DNA of 64,000 nucleotides from Octopus vulgaris (taxonomy: Eukaryota). Position 1 is the first letter of the stretch. Every line of letters starts with the position of its first letter. The notes below the pieces were generated by a model. The model saw only the letters and a list, made by a program, of their open reading frames with translations, had not been told where the DNA came from and ran no database searches. This document shows, piece after piece, positions 25,088-38,505 of the stretch. The translations under genes were made by a program, and so were the position numbers. The stretch covers positions 97,650,001 through 97,714,000 of the forward strand of contig OX597821.1 of the NCBI GenBank assembly GCA_951406725.2, written 5' to 3'.

Positions 25088-25412
25088 ATCACATCACCAA
25101 AATCTTGTTGTTACAAGATAATGCCTAATTAATTTAAAACAATGTGAATGAAGGAGTCTTACATCTGACATCTGCTGTCCTATTATCGTGTACTTGACTG
25201 AATTTCCACACTCCTCCTCCTTGCTTTCTCCCACTGCTTTGTAATCTACCTTTCTTCTACACTCAGTATCTATGCTATACTACCATATGCTTCCCAAATC
25301 TTTCATATTTCATACTTCTGCTTGACCACCATCTACTCCATTTTCAATATCTGTCATACTGCCCTCTACTTCACAGATCTTCCACTTTTTATAACTCTGC
25401 CCTTGTAATCTA

Positions 25413-25725
25413 CATCATCATCATCATCGTTTAGCGTCCGCTTTCCATGCTAGCATGGGTTGGACGGTTCAACTGGGGTCTGGGAAGCCAGAAGGCTGCA
25501 CCAGGCCCAGTTTGATCTGGCAGTGTTTCTACGGCTGGATGCCCTTCCTAACGCCAACCACTCCATGAGTGTAGTGGGTGCTTTTTATGTGCCACCAGCA
25601 CAGGTGCCAAACGAGTCTGGCAAACGGCCACGATCGGATGGTGCTTTTTATGTGCCACCGGCACGGGGGCCAAGTGAGGCTGGCAACGGCCACGAACGGA
25701 TGGTGCTTTTTACGTGCCACTGGCA
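25413..25725 (-). mobile_element. Repeat family B
   Basis: (CAT)n start and conserved body. Further copies at 33394-33697(-), 36141-36388(+), 38197-38461(-) and 59813-60156(+). Confidence 0.85.
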
Positions 25726-26194
25726 TTTCTTTCATATTCTGTACCTCTATTTCATTGCCATCTGACATCACACACCTAACACTTACTTTGTAGATCCTGT
25801 GTTCTTTAGATAGAGAGGAGGAGAGCTTCATAAATATATCACAGAGGACATATTGGAGTTCCTAAAAGAGAGTACCCACCATAGACAAACAGTGGTCCTG
25901 TTAACAGAACATGGCCTCAACCAAACTCTAGCTAACAGGGGGATAAATCAATAGATACCAGCCAGGCTCCTAGGTGGCATGACTGTGAATTATCTGAGCT
26001 ATTCCATAATGGGGTTTATGTAGGGCTTCACTTAAGCATCAGGACTCCAACTTGGTAGCAGGTAGCGTATTTGTGGATCACACTCAACTCATATCACTTA
26101 AGCCACCACAGATCTTCCACATTCAGTACCTCTGACCCTTTATCATGAAATTTTTTCCATACTCATTATCTCTGTCCTGCTACCCTATAATAGG

Positions 26195-26378
26195 GGGAGA
26201 ATTCACAAAAAAACAAAAGACGAAGACTGGTGGTGTAGACAACAAACAGATGTATTAGTATAATGCTTGGGAAGTGAAAAAAGTCTTTAACGCTTCGAGC
26301 CTATGCTCTTCCACAGAAAGGAACACAGAAAGAAACAAGGAGAGAAAATAAAGAATGTGTAGTGGCTAGCGATCTATC
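26195..26378 (-). mobile_element. Short element with HHR-like motif (26284-26321)
   Basis: Near-identical to 7790-7965. Minus: CTTT-CTGTGGA-A-GAGC atag GCTC-GAAG-CGTT-AAAG. Confidence 0.65.
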
Positions 26379-27084
26379 TTCACTTACTTCTTAAAGTCTC
26401 TCTTCACACAACAATGAATGCCTCTTTGTTATTGGCAGTGGTGGCAAGGGCAGCAGTAGTGGTGACATTTAGCCCTAGGTCAGCTTTGATCTAGCAGAAG
26501 TATAATTCTAGTCATGAGCTCCCAGTAAAATGCAATTTGAATGAGATCTGCTGCTATTGCTAGTACATTGTGTAGCTGTATAGTAACAGCACTCTCATTG
26601 AAGTTATCAGTTCCCAGAATTGTGTTTGAACTTATTCTGATATTTGTACTCTCACTTCGAAGTTTAGGTTAAAAGCAAAAAAGTTTAAAAGCTGAGTGGG
26701 TGTTCACCTCTTAAACACTTTTATGCGTGTCATTTGTGTTTGCTATTATACACTGTAAAATAAAATATTTTTTTCAATTAAAAAATATATATTTCTTTAT
26801 TCAGTTTTTCAGTACATCATGTTTTTATATTAGTCACCAACAAAGAAAATAAAAAATAAAAATTTAATATAATGTATTTACTGAACTTATAGATCATGAA
26901 TTCAACTATGAATTTACATTCTTTAAATATCAAAAACAAATTGAATAATAGCTGAAGCATTTGCACAGGGCTTGGCAAATAAGAAAATACAGTGTCTATT
27001 AATCCAAGCTTTGTGGTTATTCTTATATTTTTTCCCTAGTTTTGTATATATAGTTGTGTATATATACATACATGTACAGTTGAA

Positions 27085-27265
27085 ATTTACAGAAAAACAA
27101 AAAACAAAGACAGGTGTATAAATAACAAGCAGATGTATTAGTTTGACGCTCAGGAAAATGAGAAAGCCTTTTATGTTTCGAGCTTATGCTCTTCAACAGA
27201 AAGGAACATGAGGAAATAAACAGAGAGAGAATGAAAAAAAACTTGTGGATTTTGCGATCATTCAT
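27085..27265 (-). mobile_element. Short element with HHR-like motif (27167-27204)
   Basis: Minus: CCTTT-CTGTTGA-A-GAGC ataa GCTC-GAAA-CATA-AAAGG. Confidence 0.6.
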
Positions 27266-27281
27266 GGCAACTGTACATACC

Positions 27282-27313
<32 letters not shown>

Positions 27314-29282
27314 GATAGATAGATAGATACACACACACAAATATATGATGGGTATCCACACAGTTTCCATGTACTAAATTCATTCACAAGGCGTTAGTTA
27401 GCCTGGGATTGTAGACACTTGCCTAATGTACCATACAGTAGGATTGAAGCTGAAACCATAAGATTGCAAAACGAACTTCTTAACCATACAGGTTAAGAAG
27501 AGAAAATAAAGAGTGATTAAGATGCTGGACTACAGACCAGATGTTTGTAGGTTCAGTTCTTACTCCAAGGTACATTCAGATATTGCCACTGTCAGAGTAT
27601 ATAAATGCATGTCCCTGCCTTTTTTTTCTGTTTCTTTGACTCTAAAAACTAAATGAACAGTTTAACACTGAGTTGTTAGAAGTAAGAAGAGTGTCTCCAA
27701 CTCCATAAACGTTCAGCACATCTCACCCATGCAAACATAAATAGATAAAATGGTATAAACATGTCATTTGTTTTTATCATGTTCTTAATCTCTAGAATCT
27801 GAAGGATTTGCTCCAGACTCTTATCTTTGAGAAAGTAATTTTAGTCATAGACTTTCTGTAAAAACACATCAAGCCAAGTTACAAATGATGCCTGCTACAC
27901 TTTTTAACATGGTGTTGTGGCATCATTTTGCCTCTTCAATAGAAGATATGACTTTGGTTATTTTGATCTTGGCCAGAACATTTGTTTCTGTACAGAGAAA
28001 TATGAGGGGTGTGCATTAAAGATTTCCCCTGACCCACTTCCAGTTATTGCAGGAAACAGAACTTGTACAGGTATAATCATACATGTCTCTACATGTCACA
28101 TTCTAAATTGCAGTTTTCCACTAGTATTTGTTTGTCTTTTATAAGTGCTGAAGTGGACTAAGGTGTTATAACAGTGGCAGCAGTTGAATGCAGATCATTG
28201 ATCAGGTTCTTAAGCTTGAAAGGTTAGGGTTAGGGTACGCTGAAAGAGACTTTCAATTAGATGAAATAAGTTTATATTGATGATGCACCAGCTTACAACA
28301 TAGTCAAGCCGTAACATCACCAGTTCAAATGTGGTTGGACATTGGTGGAAACTGCTCCTATTCCTGGACGACCACATTCCACTGTAGACAACACTGTTTG
28401 AAGCAGATTTGCAAGTTGCAAAATATCCGTTAGGAGTCAACAACAGTTACCTCTCTTGTCGAATGCTTCAGAACAAACCTAGCAAACTTGGTTTGCTCCC
28501 CCTTTTCTAGCTTACAAGGTGTCTCTAATAAATGACACACAGGAGGGCATTAGAAGCATATTGCCTACTTAAGAGTGTATCCCAATTGAACTTCCCCTCT
28601 TTTTCTCTGTGATGTAACAAGGTCAACTTCAGAGAGAGAGCCAGGCACATGGATTAGATACTCATTTCCTACCTGCACCTCGCTATGGTATTCTATATGT
28701 AGAGCCTGTGGGAAAGTAAATCTTGTAGCTTGAATTACTTCTATTTTCTCATTGTCATCATGGAATATGGCAAGATGTTCAGAACCTTTTTTTTTCATCC
28801 CAGATAACTTTATTGAACATTGTGTATTCACTGTATAAATTTATTTGTTACTCATCTGAATACAACCTTGGCTGTGAAGTTGTTCATGCACAGACATGAG
28901 CGATAAACTTAATCCATTGCGTGATTTATCACCTCCATCTGGCACCTTGAGTACTGTTGCAGTCTACTTTGTTGCAAGCATTCAGGTCAAAGTTTCTGGT
29001 TTGAAGATACCATCCTTCTTCCTACCAGTCTGGGATTGTATTTCTGTGGGTTTGTTTGCATGAGGCTTCTTGGGGTTCTAGATTTTTTTTTTTTTCAAAT
29101 TTGAGTGTCCAATTGAAGGAAGGAATTAAAGTCAGTATTTAATGGTACAGATGTATATAAATAAATAAATGAATATATATGTGTGTGTGTGTGTGTGTAT
29201 ATATAGATATACACACACACACACACATGCATATGCATGTATATATATATATATATATATATGTATATACACACACATATGC

Positions 29283-29362
<80 letters not shown>

Positions 29363-29925
29363 TGGGTCGCTCTTGGGCATTACTGTTAACATGTAACCCA
29401 GTACAACCTGTTGCATGGTTGGGTCGTCGGTGACTAAGCTGGCAACCCCATCAAGCTTGTTGGACACCCTGCAGGATGAAAAATAAGAACTGTCAAAGGG
29501 CAGAAGAGCTCATAAGCAGTCAACGGCCATCCAACAATATGTGTACATCTGTATGTATGTGTGTATATGCAGGGATGTGGAAATACCTGGGTTGGTGTTC
29601 AGCTGCACAGTTGGCCCACTGGGAGTAGGAGGCCCCTCTGTTGTTGTCACATCTCTCTAGGAGAGGGAAACTCTGAAAGAAAACTTGTGACACTGACAAT
29701 ATTTGATGCTGTAGACTAGTTATTTTCGAGTTTATGTTGTTCAGGGAGTGGGAATGGATTTGTGCAAATCCTTTCCTCACTATAAAAAATCATCATGCAC
29801 AGGCATGACTTGTAAAAAAAATGAAGCCCTATCACAAAAATGGCTGGTCATAGCCTTCACATATGTGGGACTTTCAATCAGGTGATGGGAATACTCGGAC
29901 ACAAATTTGCAGCCATCATATATAT

Positions 29926-30122
29926 ATACTCTTTTACTTGTTTCAGTCATTTGACTGCAGCCATGCTGGAGCACCACCTTTAATCGAGCAAATCGACCCC
30001 AGGACTTATTCTTTTGTAAGCCCAGTACTTATTCTATCGGTCTCTTTTGCCGAACCGCTAGGTAACGGGGACATAAACACACCAGCATCGGCTGTCAAGC
30101 AATGCTAGGTGGACAAACACAT

Positions 30123-30175
<53 letters not shown>

Positions 30176-30341
30176 CATATATACGACAGGCTTCTTTCAG
30201 TTTCCATCTACCAATTCCACTCACAAGGCTTTGGTGGGCCCGAGACTATAGTAGAAGACACTTGCCCAAGGTGCCACGCAGTGGGACTGAACCCGGAACC
30301 ATGTGGTTGGTAAGCAAGCTACTTACCACACAGCCACTCCT
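29926..30341 (-). mobile_element. SINE family A, full length
   Basis: Complete copy, followed by a short inverted re-copy of its own head (to ~30373). Confidence 0.9.
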
Positions 30342-33226
30342 AGTGGGACTGAACCCAGGAGTGGCTGTGTGGTATTTAATCTTGGTGGAATTTAAACTCA
30401 GAAAGTAAAGACAGACACCAGCAAGCTAACGATTCTGCCAGTTTGCCACCTTAAATTGAGACATATTAATGGCCATACACAGGAAGAATGAACTTTCTAA
30501 ATACAAAGAATAAAATGCATTTTTTTACCCCACTCATTCATCATTGCTGCACTCTTCCTCCTCTTGTTTACTTGTTATTTATATATTGTTCCTGTGTTTT
30601 TACTTCTTGGCAACATTCTATAATGCTGAATTCATTATTTATTATTATTTAATGTTTATTTTGTTTATAAAGCATATTTACTACTATCATTATTAGGCAA
30701 AGTCTTCCTGGGTGGATTTCAAATATATATATTAGTGTTTCACAAGTGCACAATACAAAAAAAACATTCATATTATGCCAATATATACACACACACACAC
30801 ACACTCACATATAACACATATTATATATATATTACATATATATATATATATATTATACATATGTGTGTCTATAAATATGTATGGACATTAAATGATGATG
30901 ATGAAAAGTAATAAATCTCTGAGCGAGGTATAAACATGAAGTGAGAAAGAGAGAGTATTAATTGTATCTTTCATCCTTTCAGGATTGTTAAAATAAGAAC
31001 TGGTTGAACACTGAGATCAATGTAATTGACTTACTCCTTCCCCAAAAATCTCTGACCTTGGGTCAGAATTTGAAACCAAAATGTCTCACCCATTCATTCA
31101 CTCACTTAAACGCGCACACACACACACACTCAAAATGAACACTTTGACATATATTATTAATCTATGGTTAATTTCTCCAAACAATAGCAAACATATAACA
31201 CCCACTCATATGCACATATTCACACTCTCAACATACACACATACACAGTCACACATACACATACCCACACATACACATACTCTCATATACAGTCACACAT
31301 GCATATTCTCAAATGCACACGGCTCACAGTCACACATACACATTCTGACACTGACAATCTCACACATATTCACACATACTCACTCATGCATTTGCATATA
31401 CACATCTCTGTGTTGTTCTCTTTAGACAATATTAATAGTTGAGGATAGTGTCTATATGTAACCATTCTTTAGTTTACATTTCCTGTCTGATTCAAGGAGG
31501 ATGGTGGTAAGGTGGACGAAATGTTGTTGGTTTTGTTGTTGCTGCTGTTGTCAAGTTCCCAATTAGCTCTGATGGTATTAGACCTATGCTCAAAAGCATT
31601 CTAGCTGCTCTGTTCTGTCTTTATCTTTTTCTAATACCTAGAATTACATTATCCAATGATTTTTCTCTTTTTTTAAAAAAAAAAAAAGATTGCAGGGTGT
31701 GATATGAGGGAGATTCAGCTGTTATTTCTGCTGGGTTGAGCAACCTGATGAGTTCTCTTGATGCTATTGTTGGTAGGAAACATGGCAGGAGGGCTACCTG
31801 CTGTTGCATTTGGTCTGGTTGTAATTTAGGTAAACATTTGGATGATGGAATGGCACAATCCATCCCATCATTGGTGTAAATATATACAGAATCTCTAAGT
31901 GTAAAGATACTGAGTGAACATACAGTCCGGCTATCTATAAATAGATATATGTGCAGGTGAACTATCTCTTATGCAAAAAAATTACCATGCAAAAAAGTTT
32001 TGTTTTTTTTCTTTCACTACATACTTGGAAAGGGTGGAGTTGGACTCATAATCCTTTGTATTTTCAGAGCCTCTAAAATGGGTTGGAAAAAGAAAGGAAA
32101 TCATTTTCAAATTGGAGATTTAATCTGGCTGCTTACCTGCAGATTTAACCCTGTTAATTGTGCCCCAAGGTCCTGTTGGTAGTGTTAACCCTTTTCATAA
32201 ATTTGCCCTATACATCCATGCTAGCTTTCAGACTTTTAGTTATCCCTTGTTTCATGCTTTCTCAATAATACATAGCTTTCATTTCATGCCCCGAGTTACT
32301 CTGGTGACTGAAAAAAATGAGGGTGTCTATAGGTGGTCACTTGACCAGCTAGACCCAAATCTTCAATTGGAAAAACCTCATATTAATTAATATTGGTTTC
32401 AAATTTTGGCATAAGGCCAGCAAATTCAGGGGAGGGCTAAGTTGATGACATCAATCCACTCAACTGGTACTTATTCTATTGACCCTGAAAGGATAAAAAG
32501 CAAAGTTAACCTCAGTGGAATTTGAACACTGAATGTAAAGACAGATGAAATACAGCTAAGCATTTTGCCTGGCGTGGTAGCAATTCTGTCAGCTCACTGC
32601 CTCATATTGGATAATATTTTTCTTGGATATACAAACGATAAAGATGCTCTCTGTGGAAATCACTTTAATCATCATAGATCTCATTGCTAGATTAGGACTG
32701 ACCTGGTGTCAAACAGTAACAACAATTCCAGCAACAATGAAGGACATATTAGATAATGTGGTCTTAGATATACTGGAACTGAATATATAAAATGGGAGGA
32801 TCTTAACTGAAGAAGGGCAGGCCTGTTGGATCAAGACAACAGATGAAACATAAAAAAATGAAATATATAAATCTATAAAGATTCTACTCATGTTGTTTAC
32901 ATATGGGTGTGAAACTTTCAAAAATATTTTGTATTTACAGAAAGCCAAAACATGAAAGAAAGCTGTATATTGTGACATTTATACATAAACAACTTGACAC
33001 CGTTTTTTTTATTTGCTTATTTTATTTAAATATTTGTCAAACTAAAGTGTATTATTGTTTGTATTGTTAATTCTAGATATATATGTGTGTGTGTGTGTGT
33101 ATTATTAATAAAGGATGTGTGTGTCTAGTGGTTGTGGGGGTATTCTCACACATACACATTATATCAAAAGTTGACAGTCCACTCTGAATTTCACCCCAGG
33201 CTGGGCTGTTCACATATGTGTGTGTG

Positions 33227-33276
<50 letters not shown>

Positions 33277-33364
33277 TTTTATCTTCATCTTTTACTTGTT
33301 TCAGTCTGCAGACTGCGATCATGCTGGAATGAATCAAACCCAGTACTTATTTTTTGTTAAGCAT

Positions 33365-33426
<62 letters not shown>

Positions 33427-33716
33427 GTTGCACCAGGCCCAGTCTGATCTGGCAATGTTTCTACGGCTGGATGCCCTTTCTAATGCCAACCACTCCGTGA
33501 GTGTAGTGGGTGCTTTTTACGTGCCACCAGCACAGGTGCCAGACGAGACTGGCAACGGTCATGATTGGATGGTGCTTTTTACATGCCACCGGCACAAGGC
33601 CAGTCGGGGCGGCGCTGGCAATGGCCACATTCGGATGGTTCTCTTACGTACCACCGGCACTGGTATCACAGCTGCAATTTCCATTGATGTTGATCAATAT
33701 ATATATATATTTAACC

Positions 33717-33762
33717 AAAACTGTCCAATGAATAGGAATGTGAAACTCTGAGTAACAGTTTT
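33717..33762 (+). ncRNA. Degenerate HHR-like motif (family of 62802-62839)
   Basis: AAAACTGT-CCAATGA-ATAGGAATGT-GAAAC-TCTGA-GTA-ACAGTTTT with an 8-bp stem I, between (TA)n tracts. Confidence 0.6.
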
Positions 33763-34312
33763 TGTGATGTCATTGCAGCTTTTTTAATAAAGTATATATG
33801 TATGTATAATATGTATGTATATATGTATGTACATATGTTCGCACGTACGTACATATATATATACAAATAGTTACTTATATATAAAGTTTCTGAAACATAG
33901 AGGATGCATAAATTCTGCAGTCTTTGACTTCCTTCCAGTCACTTTTACCCTGAAGAAGGACTCTGTTCAAAATGTTGGACACTCTACTCACCACAGCAAT
34001 TTCACAGTAATCTTTCTGTTACTTTTCCCAAATAATACAAATCTTGGTCACACAGGCCACTGTCACTTTCTTTGGATTCTGTTTTACATGGTAGTGAGAG
34101 GTTTTCCCTTTTCCTTTGTCCCTGTTCTTTTTCTCTTTTGCAATTTAAGTTACTTGGTCACCTCACTAGTACCTGGTACTCACTGTAATATTGTTGGCAT
34201 CAAGAAGAGCATCCAGCCATAGAAACCATGCCGAAGCTGACACTGGAGCTTGGCGCAGCCCTGTGACTTGCTGGATTCTGTCAAACCATTCAGCCCCTGC
34301 TAGTATGAAAAA

Positions 34313-34616
34313 TCTTTATATATAAAATTGAAGTTGTGTGTGAGACTCTGTCTCCCCTGATTTAGATTCCTAACTACTCCCACATTTTGTGGTGCAGTTT
34401 AACCAAAAGCGGTTATCTTATAGTCGTCATTCATATCGAGCCCTTCTGGGTATTAGCGCGCGTCTACGATGAGTCTACGATTTAAAATAAATTTACCATC
34501 ATTTTTCCGCATTTTTAATGATTTTTGCTCGAGTTATATAAGGGAAGTAGCTCTCTAAAAATGCTTATATAGTTATTTCCCTTACAAACCCGAGCAATGC
34601 CGGGCGATACTGCTAG
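34313..34616 (+). mobile_element. Non-autonomous Helitron
   Basis: A|TC start, subterminal hairpin CCCG..CGGG, CTAG|T end, no TSD. Confidence 0.85.
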
Positions 34617-35516
34617 TGAACATTAAATGATAATGGTAGTGGCAGCAGCAACAGCAGTGGTTGTGGTGGTGGTCGTAGCCCTCATTTACTTACTGGATTC
34701 TTACTGATAATGTTCTGAACTTATTGGACAAACTCAACCATACTGACAACATTTGACCATTAAGAATGTCTTTTTCTCTTGGCTATGGATGACATATTCC
34801 CCACCTTGAAATTGAGGAATCTGTCCACATTCAAGTTGGTGATCTCTTAGTTGTGAATTAGTGGTTAGAACCACAAGCATAGAGCTGCTTTTTATTTCCT
34901 ATGTCAGTCTGACATTTGCTACTCTGATGGTGTGGGTTTGTTCACAAATACCTTGTAACTCTTATAAACTACAAAGGCTTCAATAGCTAGTTTTGTTTTT
35001 CTTTGGCTCTTTAACATTTAAACAGGCCATATCAAGTCCAAACATTTAACTTGTTTCATGTTCAAACTGGCCAATTCCAGCCTCTCACACCTTCCCTACA
35101 ATGTCATTCTAAAAATAAACAGTCACATTATAATGGAATAAAAAAGCATTGCAGATGATAGGTTTAAATGAATACTAAAGAGTTAAAGACTGATCAGAAA
35201 CTGTCTATCTCTGTCAGAAAAAGTTTCTAAGTTATAGAAATTATGACATGCTTAGAAATTGTAAAGCTCTATAGCTAACAATTGGGCATTAAAATCATAT
35301 CACGTATACAATAAATCTGAATATATATAAATATGTATTGACAGATATACGAATCCATTTTTTCCTGACTTATGGATTTGAGACAACTTACACACATGTG
35401 CACAACACACACACTTATAAGCAGACTAATATACCATGTATAGAATAAACATGAGATAAAATATGTTCCTAGTACATACAATATAGAGTAGTAACTCTTT
35501 ATATGTATTTATTCAC

Positions 35517-36000
35517 AGGCACAGGAGTGGCTATGTAGTAGGTAGCTTGCTTACCAACCACATGGTTCTGGGTTCAGTCTCACTGCATGGCACTTTGGGC
35601 AAGTGTCTTCTACTATACCCTCAGGCCAACCAAAGCCTTGTGAGTGGATCTGCTAGACAGAAACTGAAAGAAGCCCGTCATATATATATATATCACCGTG
35701 ATCACCGTGACCAGCCAGGCTATCAGATGTTGCTAAACATCGCTGGTCACAATGTGTTTCACATTGTTTTAGCCTTTAAATAACGCCACCCCGCTGACTA
35801 AGCGAGCAGGCCAACAGAAGAAAGAGTGAGAGAAAGTTGTGGCGAAAGAGTACAGCAGGGATCGCCACCACCCCCTGCTGGAGCCTCGTGGAGCTTTAGG
35901 CGTTTTCACTCAACAAACACTCACAACGCCCTGTCTGGGAATCGAAACCGTGATCCTACGACCGCAAGCCCGCTGCCCTAACCACTGGGCCATTGCACCT

Positions 36001-36037
<37 letters not shown>

Positions 36038-36387
36038 CACGACCGCGAGTCCGCTGCCCTAACCACTGGGCCATTGTGCCTCCATATATATATATATATA
36101 TATATATATGTGGAGGTGCAATGCCCCAGTGGTTAGGGTAGCACGTAAAAACAGCTTTTGAGCGTGGTCGTTGCCAGGACTGCCTGACTGGCTCTCATGC
36201 CGGTGGCATGTAAAAAGCATTCACTACACTCTCGAAGTGGTTGGTGTTAGGAAGAGCATCCAGCTGTAGAAACCTTGCCAGATTAGATTGAGCCTGGTGC
36301 AGCCTCTCGTTTACTAGTCCTCAGTCAAACCGTCCAACCCATGCCAGCATGGAAAATGGACGTTAAACGATGATGATGATGATGATG

Positions 36388-36419
<32 letters not shown>

Positions 36420-36657
36420 ATGTGTGTGCACATATTTGTGTGTGTATATTTATTTTCCCACCATCGCTTGACAACTGATGCTGGCGTGTTTACATCCCCG
36501 TAATTTAGCAGTTCAGCAAAAAGAGTCCGATGGAATAAGTACTAGGCTTACAAAGAATAAGCCCTGGGGTTGATTTGCTTGACTAAAGGCGGTGCTCCAG
36601 CATGGCTACAGTCAAATGACTGAAACGAGCAAAAGAATAAAATAAAAGAATAAAAGA
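35517..36657 (+). mobile_element. SINE family A split at its internal microsatellite by nested insertions
   Basis: Head 35517-35680 and tail ~36410-36657, with SINE D and family B in between. Confidence 0.8.
35692..35999 (-). mobile_element. SINE family D (tRNA-like head, CACGGTGAT tail)
   Basis: Minus: GGTGCAATGGCCCAGTGGTTAGGGCAGCGG...GGTTTCGATTCCC (A/B boxes). Tail GGTCACGGTGATCACGGTGAT. Confidence 0.8.
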
Positions 36658-37156
36658 ACCTTGTATGGGTATTGGAGTTTTTAAATACCTACAGTCGTCC
36701 ATGTACTATACTATAAAATTTGTCATGCATGTCATTATTTGTCAGCATTTGTATATGTATATCTGCATTGTCATCACGAACATTGTTCAGTGTTCACTTT
36801 CCACACAGGCATAGATTAAACAGGTCATCCTGGTCCAGCTCGTTTCTTATTCTTAGTTACTACTGCCTGATATGATTTGGAGGATTACAGTATATACAGC
36901 TGCTCCCCCTACCAAACTTTAACTTCCTTATGGCCTGTGTGTGTGTATGTATGTGTATGTGTGTATCAATATCTCTATTTACTTAATTACACACACACAC
37001 ACACACATGTATGAGTGTGCGTGTGTATATATATATATACACACACACACACATATACAAATTATATATATATAAATGAATAAGATATATGAAAATATAT
37101 GTATATGTATGTGTGTGTGTATGTGTGTGTGTGTATGTGTATATGTGTATATTCAA

Positions 37157-37187
<31 letters not shown>

Positions 37188-37547
37188 TTATAGATTATAT
37201 ATTATATACACAAACACACAAACATATATATACAAATTATATATATATATATATATACAAACATGAAAGGCCAATAGATTTATAATTTAATGAATTCTAA
37301 TTACCTTTTCCTGATGATATCTGAAAAGAAACAGCAATTTTAGCTAAGCATGTTAAGCGACACTAATAATTAATCAAAAAACAAAAATAAACAAGCTTTT
37401 GACAGTTTTATAGATATTTCAAAATTATGATGCTTTGATGCTAGGTGCTTCCATAATTTTGTCCAACCCCTGTATCTATGTATGTATACACACACACACA
37501 CACACACACATACACACACACACAGCACACAAATATATAGAAATTAT

Positions 37548-38188
37548 ATATGGTGGAGGTAACCTATGGAAGCAGTAGACCAAGAAGACATGGGACGAGG
37601 TGGTGAAGCATGATCTTCAAACATTAGACCTCCTGGAGACAATAGTAAGTTACCAAGACCTTTGGTGATATGCCATGCTTGAGAAGACCTGTCAAGCAAA
37701 GTGAAATCGTAGGTGTGGTCAATGCCAATGTTATGTAACTGGCATGTAAAAAACACACTTGAGCAGTGTACGATATGCTGTGCTTGAAAAGACCAGACAA
37801 GCCAAATGAAATCGTAATCATGGTCGATGCCAGTGTCGCATAACTGACACCTGTGCTGGTGGCATGTAAAAAGCACGGCTCAAACATTGGGCCTCATGGA
37901 GGCAGTGACAAGATCAAGACCCTTGGTGATTCACTGTGCTTCAGAAGACCTGCCAAGCCAAGTAAGATTGTATTCATGACTGAAGGTGGTGCTGCGTAAC
38001 TGGCACTCATGCCAGTGGCATGTAATAAGCACCCACTACACTCTTGGAGTGGTTCTGTAGAGACCATGGAAAATCAGACTGGAACCTGATGCAGCTCCCC
38101 AGCTTACCAGTTTTCAGTCAAACCATCCAACACACGCCAGCATGGAAAGTAAACAATAAATGAAGATGATCATGATCATGATGATGAT
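37548..38188 (+). mobile_element. RTE-like LINE 3' end leading into a family B-like sequence
   Basis: Frameshifted GS.RPRR/TWDEVVKHDLQTLDL-type C-terminus, then tandem UTR units, AGCACCCACTACACTC and a (GAT)n tail. Confidence 0.6.
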
Positions 38189-38459
38189 ATCAATATCATC
38201 ATCATCATCGTTTAACGTCTGCTTTCCATGCTAGCATGGGTTGGACGGTTCAACTGGGGTCTGGGAAGCCAGAAGGCTGCACCAGGCCCAGTCTGATCTG
38301 GCAATGTTTCTACGGCTAGATGCCCTTCCTAACACCAACCACTCCGTGAGTGTAGTGGGTGCTTTTTACGTGCCAGGCGAGGCTGGCAACAGCCACAATC
38401 AGATGGTGCTTTTTACATGCCACCAGCACGAGGCCAGTCGGGGCGGCGCTGGCAACAGC

Positions 38460-38505
<46 letters not shown>

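Noticed and set aside
27915-27995. Possible minus-strand terminal exon after a good acceptor (tttctctgtacag)
   Set aside because: About 20 codons, no homology recognised and no partner exon established.
31744-31770. Isolated CTGATGA heptamers (also ~37311 and ~57464)
   Set aside because: No stem II + GAAA + closing stem I arrangement. Such heptamers are expected by chance.
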